From NCBI GenBank assembly GCA_009836625.1, contig VXVC01000012.1, positions 482,847-546,846 of the forward strand: a stretch of DNA of 64,000 nt, in the 5' to 3' direction. This document shows positions 40,006-49,886 of the stretch, piece after piece (the first letter of the stretch is position 1; the number at the start of each line of letters is the position of its first letter). The notes below the pieces were generated by a model that saw only the letters and a program-made list of their open reading frames with translations, did not search any database and was not told the DNA's origin. Position numbers and translations under genes: made by a program. Source of the DNA: Holophagales bacterium. GTDB taxonomy: Bacteria; Acidobacteriota; Thermoanaerobaculia; Multivoradales; Multivoraceae.

Positions 40006-41436
40006 CTACCCGACCTCCGCTTCCTGGAACGCCCTCGCCCGGAACAGGAAGTCGATGATGTTCCCTTCGTGCGGCTGCAGCCAGTTGAGCTGAATCGTCG
40101 GCACCGGGCCGAGGTTCAGGCGGTCGACGTGGGTTGCGTCGACCAGTTGGCGTCGCCAGCGCTCGTCACTCGTGATCGCGCTGCACACGAGGGTGTCGCC
40201 AATCGCACTCAGCATCTTCTCTTGCGGGCACTCGACGACGGAGACGAAGGGGAACATGTACTCGACGTTCGCCGCTTCGATGTCGGCGTCGGCGCAGTGG
40301 AGGACGGTCGGCAGCAGGTAGTCGCAGCGCTCGCGTTCGTCGAGCCGTCCGTTTCCCCGCATCTCGGACGTCAGGTCGCGGACGCCGGGAACGTCGACCT
40401 GCCGCTCGATCATGCCGTCGATCGCTTTCGCCATGCCCGGCACGGTGAAGGCGGCGAGCGGTGACTCGGGGTCGTCGGCCGGCTTGGGCAGCACGGGCGC
40501 CAGCCGCTCGGCGAGAGCCTGGGCGATCTCTTCCGTGTGGCGTGAGGCCCAGACGCCGGAACAGGAGATGCAGCTCCGGCCGCTGTTGACCAACACGCTG
40601 TCGACCATCACGTCGAGGTACTGCTCCCAGTCGTCGACCACGTCGTCGCCGAGCAGGATCTTGCTGAATCCGGGGCCGTGCGGCTGGACGCGGGGGTCGT
40701 TCTGGTAGCGGGCGACGGTGTCCGCGCCGCCGAAGATCATGCTGCGCGAGCAGGAGGCGAGAACCGCCGCGCCGATGTCGCCTTCGCCCGGGTAGATGGA
40801 GATGGCTTCGCGTGGCACGCCGGCTTGGGCGAAGGCCTCGGTCATCCGGTAGGGCGTCCACGGTTCCTGCGGTCCGGGCTTGAACACGAGGCCGACCTGG
40901 AGCGGGATGACCGGCATCCACAGCGTGTGCACTCCCGGCGAGTTGGACGGCAGCACCAGGCCGATCACCGGCGCCTGCGCCTGGTAGCTGACCGGCACGC
41001 CGCGCTCTTCGACGCCGTGGCCGCGGGCCAGGATGTCGAGGTCGAGACCGCGGGTCAGGGCCTCCAGGACCTCGCCCATGTTCGTCAGCACGAAGTGGTT
41101 CTTGTCCATGTTCGCCCGGCACATGTGCTCCGGCAGGCCGGTGGTCGCCGACTGGTAGTGGACGAAGTCCTCCGGGGTCTGACTGCCGCTGCCGAGGGGG
41201 AGGTTGGCGTTCAGGTAGAGGTCGGCGGCCTCGATCACCATGGAGATCAGTTCGCTGGACGGGATCTCGCGCAGGATGTCGCGGGCGCGCTGGGCGCGGC
41301 GCATGTCGCGCTGGACCAGGCCGGGGTTGGTCTGGTGCAGCGTGGCCAGCTCGTCGCCGGACTCGAAGTGAACGATCGTCGCCTTCTCGAGCGACTCGTA
41401 GGGCTTGCCCCAACGGATGGCGGGGATGTCGATCAT
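40006..41436 (-). CDS. Aldehyde dehydrogenase family protein
   Basis: 476 aa, Rossmann-like LVLPSNSPGV, and an active-site Cys context GRSCISCSG. Confidence 0.72.
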   Translation of the reverse strand: MIDIPAIRWGKPYESLEKATIVHFESGDELATLHQTNPGLVQRDMRRAQRARDILREIPSSELISMVIEAADLYLNANLPLGSGSQTPEDFVHYQSATTGLPEHMCRANMDKNHFVLTNMGEVLEALTRGLDLDILARGHGVEERGVPVSYQAQAPVIGLVLPSNSPGVHTLWMPVIPLQVGLVFKPGPQEPWTPYRMTEAFAQAGVPREAISIYPGEGDIGAAVLASCSRSMIFGGADTVARYQNDPRVQPHGPGFSKILLGDDVVDDWEQYLDVMVDSVLVNSGRSCISCSGVWASRHTEEIAQALAERLAPVLPKPADDPESPLAAFTVPGMAKAIDGMIERQVDVPGVRDLTSEMRGNGRLDERERCDYLLPTVLHCADADIEAANVEYMFPFVSVVECPQEKMLSAIGDTLVCSAITSDERWRRQLVDATHVDRLNLGPVPTIQLNWLQPHEGNIIDFLFRARAFQEAEVG

Positions 41437-41533
41437 GCTGGTTACCTGTACGCGGCCGGTGGGTGGCCGGAGGATGAATCGAGCGTTATGAAGCGGCGGA
41501 ATGGTAGCACCGGGCTGCTAGCCTTCGCCGGCC

Positions 41534-42097
41534 ATGGAGGACCGTCGCACCGTTCTGAAATCGGCCCTGGCGCTGGGTCTGGGTGTGCGTGGCCTGAACG
41601 TACTGCACGCGCAATCCGACGATCCGCGGAGGGCTCGACCGCGGGAAGGCGACCACTTCGTGTTCGCCTTCGGGCCGCGCCAGGGCCAGACGATCCGGGT
41701 CGACGACGTTCCCCTCGCGAGCAAGCAGCTCATCTGCTACGCGGTGGACCCGTCATCCGGCGCCGTGCGTGACGGCTCGCGCCTCAACCAGGTGCTGCTG
41801 CTGCGCTTCGAGCCCGACTCGTTGACACGGGAGACGCGGGAAGCGTCCGCGGACGGCGTCGTCGCCTACTCGGGCATCTGCCCCCATACCGGCTGCGACA
41901 TCGAGGACTGGTCCGAGGAGGCGGAGTTCCTGGTCTGTTCCTGCCACGAATCGGAGTTCGATCCGCGAGACGGCGCCGAGGTCATCTCGGGCCCGGCTCC
42001 GCGCCGGCTGCCGTCGCTGCCGCTTCGCTCGGAAGAGGGCGTGCTCGTTGCTGCGGGCGCTTTCAGCGCGACGATCCGGTTCGAGAGGGAGTTCTGA
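41534..42097 (+). CDS. Tat-exported Rieske [2Fe-2S] protein
   Basis: Tat-like N-terminus (RRTVLKSALALGLG) and Rieske boxes CPHTGC ... CSCHESEF. Confidence 0.85.
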   Translation: MEDRRTVLKSALALGLGVRGLNVLHAQSDDPRRARPREGDHFVFAFGPRQGQTIRVDDVPLASKQLICYAVDPSSGAVRDGSRLNQVLLLRFEPDSLTRETREASADGVVAYSGICPHTGCDIEDWSEEAEFLVCSCHESEFDPRDGAEVISGPAPRRLPSLPLRSEEGVLVAAGAFSATIRFEREF

Positions 42098-42099
42098 CG

Positions 42100-43815
42100 A
42101 TGATGGATCGGCAAGCAGTTCTGCGACGGACGGTGGCCCTCCTCGTTTTCGTCGCCGCGGTGGCGCCGGCGATCGGCCAGGAACGCGCCTACCGCGCGGT
42201 GACCCAGGAGCGCCTTCTCGCGCCCGAGCCGGAGAACTGGCTGATGTACCGGCGCACCTACGACGGCTGGGGCTACAGCCCGCTCGATCGGATCGACACC
42301 TCGAACGTCGCCTCGCTCGCGCCGGCGTGGACGTTCTCGACCAGCATCAACGAGGGCCACCAGGCGCCGCCGATCGTCAACGACGGGACACTGTTCATCA
42401 CGACGCCGGGGAGCCGCGTGCTGGCGCTGGACGCGCGGTCTGGCGAGTTGCTGTGGCGCTTCGTGCCCGAGCTGCCGGAGGACCTGCAGCAGATGCACCC
42501 GACGAACCGCGGCGTCGCGCTGTGGGGCGACCGGGTCTACGTCGCCACGGTCGATGCGCGCCTCTTCGCGCTCGACGCGCGGACGGGAAGGGTGGCCTGG
42601 GAGACGGCGGTCGAGAACTACGCCCGCGGCTACTACATGACGCTCGCGCCCCTGGCCGTCGAGGGGAAGGTGATGGTCGGCGTGTCAGGAGGGGAGTGGG
42701 GTATCCGCGGTTTCGTCGCCGCCTACGACGCGGCCAGCGGGGACGAACTCTGGAAGACGTACACGATTCCCGGTCCAGGCGAGCCCGGCCATGACAGTTG
42801 GCCCGGCGACACTTGGCGGACCGGCGGCGTGCCGGTCTGGGTCACCGGCACTTACGACCCGGAACTGCGGCTGACCTACTGGGGTACCGGCAACGGCGGC
42901 CCGTGGATGGGCGACGCCCGGCCGGGCGACAACCTCTACGCCACGTCGGTGCTGGCGCTCGACGTCGACACCGGCGAGTTGAGGGCGCACCACCAATACC
43001 ACTGGAACGACAGTTGGGACTGGGACGAGGTCGACCCGCCGCTCCTGATCGACGTGGAGCGCGGCGGCTCGACTCGCAAGGCGCTCGTCCATCCGGGGCG
43101 GAACGCGTATCTCTGGGTGCTCGAGCGGAGCGCCGACGCGATCGACTTCCTGGACGCCACGCCCTTCGTCCACCAGGACGTGTTCACCTCGATCGATCCT
43201 GAAACCGGCCGGCCGGAGTACGACCCGGAGAAGACGCCCGCGACGGGAGAAGGAGCGGTGTTCTGTCCGTCGTGGTCCGGCGCCAAGAACTGGCCTCCGG
43301 CTGCTTATAGCCCGGACACGAAGCTGCTCTACGTCCCGGCCAACGAGAACACGTGCTCCTACCTCGAGGGAGTCGAGGCGGACTATCGGCCCGGGCGCAC
43401 GTTCATGGGCATGGAGGGGCGATTCGTGTCGCGCGAAGGCGCGGAGCACTACGGCGAACTCCAGGCCTGGAACCTCGACACCCGGGAGAAGGTGTGGACG
43501 GTCGAGTTCGAGCGCAAGCTCTGGGGACCGGTGCTGACCACCGGCGGCGGTCTCGTCTTCGCCGGCGGCACGAGCGACCGCTACTTCCGGGCCTTCGACG
43601 CGGCGACGGGCGAACTCCTGTGGCGGCAGCGGACGAACTCGGGCATCAGCGGCGTCCCCACGTCCTTCGAAGTCGACGGCGTGCAGTACATCGCGGTCCA
43701 GTCGGGCTGGGGCGTCGACGCGCAGCGCGGCACGGCTCACCTGGACGGGGCGATCGGCACGAACACCTACGTGCCGCAGGGCGGCGTGCTCTGGGTCTTC
43801 GCGTTGCCTGACTAG
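42100..43815 (+). CDS. PQQ-dependent quinoprotein dehydrogenase (8-bladed beta-propeller, alcohol/methanol dehydrogenase family)
   Basis: Signal peptide. Repeated Trp-docking/PQQ repeats (GTLFITTPGSRVLALDARSGELLWR, RVYVATVDARLFALDARTGRVAWE, RYFRAFDAATGELLWR). 571 aa. Starts 3 nt after the Rieske gene. Confidence 0.88.
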   Translation: MMDRQAVLRRTVALLVFVAAVAPAIGQERAYRAVTQERLLAPEPENWLMYRRTYDGWGYSPLDRIDTSNVASLAPAWTFSTSINEGHQAPPIVNDGTLFITTPGSRVLALDARSGELLWRFVPELPEDLQQMHPTNRGVALWGDRVYVATVDARLFALDARTGRVAWETAVENYARGYYMTLAPLAVEGKVMVGVSGGEWGIRGFVAAYDAASGDELWKTYTIPGPGEPGHDSWPGDTWRTGGVPVWVTGTYDPELRLTYWGTGNGGPWMGDARPGDNLYATSVLALDVDTGELRAHHQYHWNDSWDWDEVDPPLLIDVERGGSTRKALVHPGRNAYLWVLERSADAIDFLDATPFVHQDVFTSIDPETGRPEYDPEKTPATGEGAVFCPSWSGAKNWPPAAYSPDTKLLYVPANENTCSYLEGVEADYRPGRTFMGMEGRFVSREGAEHYGELQAWNLDTREKVWTVEFERKLWGPVLTTGGGLVFAGGTSDRYFRAFDAATGELLWRQRTNSGISGVPTSFEVDGVQYIAVQSGWGVDAQRGTAHLDGAIGTNTYVPQGGVLWVFALPD

Positions 43816-43914
43816 CGGTTCCACCGGGGGAGTCGCCGCGGCGGCTGGTGCTGTAGTCTGCCGCCGCTTCAGGCCGCCGATCACAGCAGGACCTAGCCCG
43901 ATTGGAGTTCGCAG

Positions 43915-45009
43915 ATGGAAGTCGCCAGCGCTGACGCCCAGGCCCAGGCCAGGGAACGACTCGATGCCCACGTTCGGGACATGATGGAGTGGCACTTCAG
44001 CCCGGAGACCGGAACGCCGTTCTGGCTGGACTTCGCCTCGAAGCTCGACTTCGACCCGCGCAGCGACGTCGCCTGCTACGCGGACTTGCGCAAGTTCCCG
44101 CCCTTCGAGGACGAGTGGCTGCGCGGCGGACCGGTGCGGCGCTGGGTGCCGAAGGCGATGGCCGACGATCCGATCTACGTGTTCGAGACCGGAGGCACGA
44201 CGGGTATCCCGAAGAGCCGGGTGGCACTCAACGACTTCCGCACGGACTACGAGCTGTTCAGCGGGAGCCTGCCGGACGAGCACTTCCCGCCGGGTTCCAA
44301 CTGGCTGATGCTGGGGCCGTCGGGTCCGCGCCGCCTGCGTCTGGCGGTGGAGCACCTCTGCCAGTACCGCGGCGGCATCTGCTTCTGCGTCGACCTCGAC
44401 CCGCGCTGGGTGATCAAGCTGATCAAGAAGGGCTGGATGGAGCACCTGGAGGCGTACAAGGACCATGTGATCGACCAGGCGCTGACGGTGCTCTCTGCCG
44501 GTCACGACATCCAGGCCATGTTCGCGACGCCGAAGCTGCTCGAGTCCCTTTGCCTGGCGCTCGAGGACCGCGGCCAGACCCTCGCGGACACCGGGATCAA
44601 GGGCATCTTCTCGGGCGGTACCGAGTTCACGCCGCAATGGACCCGCTTCGCGGTCGAGGAGTTGCTCGACGGCGTCTACATGACGCCCACCTACGGCAAC
44701 ACGCTAATGGGCCTGGCCGCCTCGCGGCCGGTCACGGCCGGCGACGGCTACACGATCGCCTACTACGCGCCGCAGCCGCGGGCCGTACTCGAGGTCGTCG
44801 ACCCCGACGACCCGGACCAGGTCGTCGACTACGGCGCCACCGGCCGCGTCCGGCTGACGACGCTCACCCGCGAGTTCTTCGTCCCCGGCTTCCTCGAGCG
44901 CGACGAGGGCGAGCGGGAGCAACCCTACGTCGACTATCCCTGGGATGGCGTCAGCGGCGTGCGGCCGTTCGCGAGGCTGGCCTCGGCGACGACGGTCGGG
45001 GTGTACTAG
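43915..45009 (+). CDS. Putative adenylate-forming enzyme (PaaK / F390-synthetase-like), hypothetical
   Basis: FETGGTTGIPKS resembles the [ST]SGTTGxPK AMP-binding P-loop of PaaK-like ligases. 364 aa. Confidence 0.45.
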   Translation: MEVASADAQAQARERLDAHVRDMMEWHFSPETGTPFWLDFASKLDFDPRSDVACYADLRKFPPFEDEWLRGGPVRRWVPKAMADDPIYVFETGGTTGIPKSRVALNDFRTDYELFSGSLPDEHFPPGSNWLMLGPSGPRRLRLAVEHLCQYRGGICFCVDLDPRWVIKLIKKGWMEHLEAYKDHVIDQALTVLSAGHDIQAMFATPKLLESLCLALEDRGQTLADTGIKGIFSGGTEFTPQWTRFAVEELLDGVYMTPTYGNTLMGLAASRPVTAGDGYTIAYYAPQPRAVLEVVDPDDPDQVVDYGATGRVRLTTLTREFFVPGFLERDEGEREQPYVDYPWDGVSGVRPFARLASATTVGVY

Positions 45010-45019
45010 GAGTCTCCCG

Positions 45020-45628
45020 CTAGGGCGCGGCGCGGTTGCGGTAGAGCGCCGGATCGACCACCTCGGCCATCGCCCTTTCGTTGAGGCCGTCCACGAGACG
45101 GGCGATGCGCGTGGCCGCCGCGGCCGGCTCGCGCAGCGCCTCGCCGTACTCGATCTCGATCCACTCGAACTGCGGCGCGTGGCGGAGAAGGTAGTTCACC
45201 CGCCAGAGCTGGTCCTGCCACAGTTCCATCATCCGCTCGTCCGGCGTGTCGTCGGTCTCGCCCCGGCGGTCCAGCATCTTGCGTTGCGAGGCCAGCACCT
45301 CCCCGAGGTCGCGGCGCATCAGGATGACCCTGTAGTTCAGGTTCGGCGGCAGGTCCTTGAGCAGGAAGGAGATGACCTTGACCGCGCGGCCGCGTGAGGC
45401 GCGGAGCCAGGATTTGTCGGGAGCGGTCGCGAGGTCCTTGACCCGCTCGTCCTCGTAGTAGCCGCGCGGGTTGTCCACGTCGGCCTCGCGCTCGCCGTCG
45501 GTCACGATCTCCATGCCGCCGGCCTCGAGCATCTTCATCGCCATCGAGGTGCCGGAGCGGGGGAGACCGGAAACGACGACGATGGGCCGGCCGTAGCGGA
45601 ATCGTCTCCAGAGTGTTCTGGCGCTCAT
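45020..45628 (-). CDS. Small sulfotransferase-like protein (Stf0-like PAPS-binding P-loop)
   Basis: IVVVSGLPRSGTSM (5'-PSB) and a downstream RRD...S. Start at the internal ATG (MSARTLWRRFRYGRP). Confidence 0.62.
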   Translation of the reverse strand: MSARTLWRRFRYGRPIVVVSGLPRSGTSMAMKMLEAGGMEIVTDGEREADVDNPRGYYEDERVKDLATAPDKSWLRASRGRAVKVISFLLKDLPPNLNYRVILMRRDLGEVLASQRKMLDRRGETDDTPDERMMELWQDQLWRVNYLLRHAPQFEWIEIEYGEALREPAAAATRIARLVDGLNERAMAEVVDPALYRNRAAP

Positions 45629-45725
45629 GGCGAAGGGGATGCTACCCCCGGCTTGGTATGCTCCGCGGCGCTTCGCGAGCCGCCGCACTCCTGCGCTCGG
45701 GCGGCGCCAGCACTTGGAGAAACCG

Positions 45726-47852
45726 TTGCCAGCTCAGCGTCTCGTAACCGTCGCGCTGGCGCTTCTGGCGGCGCTCTTCGCCGCCGCGCCGGCGGCCGCC
45801 TACATCGGTCCGGGGGCGGGGTTCGCGCTCATGTCGTCGTTCCTGGTGCTGCTGGCGACGGTGGCGCTGGCCTTCCTCTCGCTGCTCGCGTGGCCGGTTC
45901 GGACCCTGTGGCGGGTCGTGCGGCGCAAGAAGCCGCCGAAGGCGCACGTCAGGCGGCTCGTGTTCGTCGGACTCGACGGTCAGGACCCGCGGTTGACGGA
46001 GCGGATGATGAAGGAGGGCAAGCTGCCCAACTTCAAGCGTCTCAGCAAGCAGGGGAGCTATCGCCGGATCGCCAGTACGTATCCCGCGCTGTCCCCGGTT
46101 GCCTGGTCGACCTTCGCGACCGGCGCCAATCCGGGCAAGCACAACATCTTCGACTTCCTGGACCGCGACCTCCGAAGCTACCTGCCGAAGCTGTCGTCGG
46201 CCCACATCGGTCGCGTGGAGCGCTTCCTGAAGCTGGGCAAGTGGAAGATCCCGCTGCAGAAGCCGGAGATTCGCATGCTGCGGCGGTCGAAGCCGTTCTG
46301 GACCGTGCTCGGCGAGCGGAACGTCTGGAGCACCGTGCTGCGGGTGCCGATCACCTTTCCGCCGGATCGGTTCTACGGCGCGCAACTGGCGGCGATGTGC
46401 GTGCCGGACCTGGTGGGCAGTCAGGGCACCTTCCTGCTCTACACGACGCGTCCGGCGAGGGACGCGATCCGGGAGGGGGGCGTGCGCGTGCCGCTGAGTT
46501 CCAACGGTTCCGGCCCCGACCACTTCGACTGCGTGGTCGAGGGGCCCGAGAACAGCTTCCTGGAGGGCGATCCGCCGCCTCCTCTCCGCGCGCCGATGAC
46601 GATCGAAGTAGACCGCGAGGAGAAGACCGCGACGGTCAGCGTGGCGGGAGAGACGGTGGACCTCCAGCAGGGACAGCTCTCCGACTGGGTGCGTCTCGAG
46701 TTCCGGGCCGCGCCCGGGATCAAGGTCCACGGCCTGACCCGGATGCTGCTGACGGAAGCCGCCGAGCACACATCGCTCTACCTGACCGCGATCCACATCG
46801 ACCCCGAGAAGCCCGCGATGCCGATCTCGCACCCGTCCTACTACGCCCCGTACCTGGCGAAGCGGGTCGGCGACTTCGCGACTCTGGGCCTGGCCGAGGA
46901 CACGACGGCTCTGAACGAGGGAGTGACCGACGACGCGACCTTCCTCCGGCAGTCCTACGACATCGACCGCGAGCGCGAGGAGATGTTCTTCGCCGCGCTC
47001 GAGCGACTGCGCAAGGGCTCCCTGACCTGCGTCTTCGACGCCACCGACCGGATCCAGCACATGTTCTGGCGCTACATGGAAGACGGACACCCGGCTGCGA
47101 ACGGCCGCAAGACGGGCAAGCAGCGCCGGACGATCGAGGAGCACTACCGGCACAACGACGCCCTGGTCGGCCGGGTGATGGAGAAGCTGGCCGACGACGA
47201 CCTGCTCATCGTCCTCTCGGACCACGGCTTCGCCTCCTTCCGGCGAGGCGTGAACCTGAACCGATGGCTTCTCGACCACGGCTACCTGGTGTTGCGCGAG
47301 GACGCGGACGGCACGGAGGAGTGGCTGGAGGGTGTGGACTGGACGCGCACCCGGGCCTACGCGCTCGGTCTCGCCGGCGTGTTCTTGAATCTCAGGGGCC
47401 GCGAGGCGGGTGGCATCGTCGAGCCCGGCGAGGAGGCGCGGGCGCTCAAACGCGAACTGATCGCCGCCTGGGACGGTCTGCGCGACGAGGAGCGAAGCGC
47501 GGTCGGCATCAACGCCGCCTTCGACGCCGAGGATCTGTACACCGGTCCCTACAAGGGGAACGCCCCCGACCTGATCGTCGGCTACAACGACGGCTACCGG
47601 GTGTCCTGGGACTGCGCCGTCGGCGTGGTCGCGGGCCCGGTCTTCTCCGACAACACGAAGGCCTGGAGCGGCGACCACTGTGTCGACCCGCGGCTGGTCC
47701 CGGGCATCTTCTTCAGCAGCCGCCCGGTCGACCGCGACGACGACCTGTCGCTACTCGACATGGCGCCCACCGCGCTGGCCCTGTTCGGCATCGACAAGCC
47801 GGACTACATGGAGGGAGAGTCGGTGTTCGACCCAGCGGGAATGGCGGCGTGA
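45726..47852 (+). CDS. Alkaline-phosphatase-superfamily enzyme, nucleotide pyrophosphatase/phosphodiesterase (NPP)-like, membrane-anchored (paralog 1)
   Basis: TTG start 6 nt after GGAGA, which leaves a divergent intergenic region. The first in-frame start at 45627 would abut the sulfotransferase start. N-terminal TM helices. NPP-type core LVFVGLDGQDPRL...LPNFKRL...YPALSPVAWSTFATGANPGKHNIFDF and VLSDHGF. Confidence 0.72.
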   Translation: MPAQRLVTVALALLAALFAAAPAAAYIGPGAGFALMSSFLVLLATVALAFLSLLAWPVRTLWRVVRRKKPPKAHVRRLVFVGLDGQDPRLTERMMKEGKLPNFKRLSKQGSYRRIASTYPALSPVAWSTFATGANPGKHNIFDFLDRDLRSYLPKLSSAHIGRVERFLKLGKWKIPLQKPEIRMLRRSKPFWTVLGERNVWSTVLRVPITFPPDRFYGAQLAAMCVPDLVGSQGTFLLYTTRPARDAIREGGVRVPLSSNGSGPDHFDCVVEGPENSFLEGDPPPPLRAPMTIEVDREEKTATVSVAGETVDLQQGQLSDWVRLEFRAAPGIKVHGLTRMLLTEAAEHTSLYLTAIHIDPEKPAMPISHPSYYAPYLAKRVGDFATLGLAEDTTALNEGVTDDATFLRQSYDIDREREEMFFAALERLRKGSLTCVFDATDRIQHMFWRYMEDGHPAANGRKTGKQRRTIEEHYRHNDALVGRVMEKLADDDLLIVLSDHGFASFRRGVNLNRWLLDHGYLVLREDADGTEEWLEGVDWTRTRAYALGLAGVFLNLRGREAGGIVEPGEEARALKRELIAAWDGLRDEERSAVGINAAFDAEDLYTGPYKGNAPDLIVGYNDGYRVSWDCAVGVVAGPVFSDNTKAWSGDHCVDPRLVPGIFFSSRPVDRDDDLSLLDMAPTALALFGIDKPDYMEGESVFDPAGMAA

Positions 47853-49849
47853 AGCGGCCCCTCCTGGCAGCGGCGGCGCTCGTCCCGGTCGTCCTGGCGA
47901 TCGGGTGCGGCGGCGGTGGCGTCGGCCCGTCCGAGGGGCCGAAGGTCATCGTGCTCGGCTTCGACGGCCTGGACCCTGAGCTCACCAGGCAGTTGATCGA
48001 CGAAGGGAGGCTGCCGAACTTCGCCCGGCTCGAGGCGATGGGTGGCTTCACGGAGCTGGAGACGACGATCCCGCCGCACAGCCCGGTGGCCTGGTCGAGC
48101 TTCGTCACCGGCATGGACCCGGGCGGCCACGGCATCTTCGACTTCCTGCACCGGGACCCGGAGACGATGATCCCGTACTCGTCGACGGCCGCGGCGTCCT
48201 CCGGCGGACGTTTCCTGGAGGTGGGACCCTGGCAGTTTCCGCTCACCAGCGGGGACTACGTGCAGTTCCGGCACGGCACGCCGTTCTGGGAGGTGCTGGA
48301 GGAGCACGGCGTGCGCACGACCGTCGTCCGCATGCCGGCGAACTTCCCGGTCTCGGGCACGGCCAGCCGCGAACTCTCGGGCATGGGCACGAGCGACCTC
48401 CTCGGCACCGACGGCACCTTCACCTTCTACACCTCGGAGCTGTTCGCGGACCGGGACATCAGCGGCGGCGACATCGTCGAGCTCGACATCTACGACAACG
48501 TGGTCGAGGCCGAGTTGCTCGGACCCGACAACCCGCTGCTGCGGGAGCCGGTCAAGCTGACCGCGCCATTCACCGTCTACCTCGATCCGGAGACGGAGAG
48601 CGCCAAGATCGAGTTGGGCGACCAGCAGATCGTGCTCCGGGTGGGGGAGTGGAGCGACTGGCTGGAGGTCGACTTCGAGATGATGCCGACCCAGCACCTG
48701 CGCGGCATCTGCCGGATGTACCTGCGCGCGCTCGAGCCGGAGTTCGAGCTCTACGTCAGCCCGATCGACCACGATCCGATGTCGCCCGCGGCGCCGATCT
48801 CGACGCCGCCCGACTTCGCGGCCGAGCTGGCGGAGGCGGTCGACCGCTTCTACACGGAGGGGATGCCCGAGGACACGAAAACCCTGACGGAGGGCGTCTT
48901 TACCCCGGAGGAGTTCCTGGTCCAGGCCAGGATCGCCGGCGACGAGGTCGCCGAGCAGTACGGCTACGTGCTGGACCGCTACCTGGAACAGCAGGGAGGC
49001 TTCCTGTTCTACTATTTCGGCAACGTGGATCAGATCGGCCACGTCCGCTGGCGGTCGCGCGATCCGGAGCACCCCGTCTACGACCCGGAAGTCGACGCCG
49101 TGCACGAGGACCTGATCCCGACGCTCTACGAGGGACTCGACGCGGTCGTCGGGCAGACGCTGGACCGGCTCGGGGCCGAAGCCGGCCTCGGCGACGGCGA
49201 CGCGGACGAACCGCTGCTGATCGTCATGTCGGACCACGGCTTCGCCTCCTGGCGCCGCGCCTTTCACCTGAACGCCTGGCTCGCCGAGAAGGGCTACCTG
49301 ACGGCGAGAAACCCGGACCCCTACGCGGACGAGGGTTTCCTGCTGAACGTCGACTGGGACGAGACCCGGGCCTACGGGATCGGCTTCTCGGGTCTCTACG
49401 TCAACCTGCGCGGCCGCGAGCGCGACGGCACGGTGACGGCGGCGGAGCGCCTCGATCTGGTCCGGGAGCTGAAGCGGGAACTGCTGGCGGTCGTCGATCC
49501 GGAGACGGGCGAACCCGCGATCACGGAAGTCCACCTTCGCGAGGACTACGCCTTCCAGGGACAGACAGCGATCGGTCCCGACCTCGTCGTCGGCTACGCG
49601 AAGGGCTACCGGGGGGCGACGGAATCGGCGTCGGGCGAGGTCGTGGGTGAGGTCTTCAGCGACAACGACAGCGCCTGGAGCGGCGATCACATGATGGACC
49701 ACCGGACCGTGCCCGGCGTGCTCCTGGTCAGCCGTCCGCTCGGCCGTCCCGCTCGGGGCATCGTCGACCTGGCGGCCTCGATTCTGGCCGAGTACGGCGT
49801 GGAAGAGTTCCCGCCGCTTCAGGGCGGCGCGGCGACGGGCTCGCCCTGA
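47849..49849 (+). CDS. Alkaline-phosphatase-superfamily NPP-like lipoprotein (paralog 2)
   Basis: GTG start overlapping the paralog-1 stop (GTGA). Lipobox LAIGCGGGG. Colinear with paralog 1 (VIVLGFDGLDPEL...LPNFARL...HSPVAWSSFVTGMDPGGHGIFDF, VMSDHGF, WSGDH). Confidence 0.75.
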   Translation: MKRPLLAAAALVPVVLAIGCGGGGVGPSEGPKVIVLGFDGLDPELTRQLIDEGRLPNFARLEAMGGFTELETTIPPHSPVAWSSFVTGMDPGGHGIFDFLHRDPETMIPYSSTAAASSGGRFLEVGPWQFPLTSGDYVQFRHGTPFWEVLEEHGVRTTVVRMPANFPVSGTASRELSGMGTSDLLGTDGTFTFYTSELFADRDISGGDIVELDIYDNVVEAELLGPDNPLLREPVKLTAPFTVYLDPETESAKIELGDQQIVLRVGEWSDWLEVDFEMMPTQHLRGICRMYLRALEPEFELYVSPIDHDPMSPAAPISTPPDFAAELAEAVDRFYTEGMPEDTKTLTEGVFTPEEFLVQARIAGDEVAEQYGYVLDRYLEQQGGFLFYYFGNVDQIGHVRWRSRDPEHPVYDPEVDAVHEDLIPTLYEGLDAVVGQTLDRLGAEAGLGDGDADEPLLIVMSDHGFASWRRAFHLNAWLAEKGYLTARNPDPYADEGFLLNVDWDETRAYGIGFSGLYVNLRGRERDGTVTAAERLDLVRELKRELLAVVDPETGEPAITEVHLREDYAFQGQTAIGPDLVVGYAKGYRGATESASGEVVGEVFSDNDSAWSGDHMMDHRTVPGVLLVSRPLGRPARGIVDLAASILAEYGVEEFPPLQGGAATGSP

Positions 49850-49886
49850 ACCGGGTCGGACGACCGCTAACGCAAGGAGGACGAGG

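Noticed and set aside
43840-43885. GC-rich stem (gcggcggc ... gccgccgc) after the PQQ dehydrogenase gene
   Set aside because: It could be a terminator hairpin, but it has no U-tract, and such stems arise by chance in this composition.
42685-44637. 650-aa minus-strand ORF
   Set aside because: Antisense to the PQQ dehydrogenase and the adenylate-forming-like gene.
45653-49849. 1398-aa plus-strand ORF
   Set aside because: This is a read-through frame. The first half is an alternative frame of the first NPP-like gene. Only the part from GTG 47849 onward (NPP-like paralog 2) is real.
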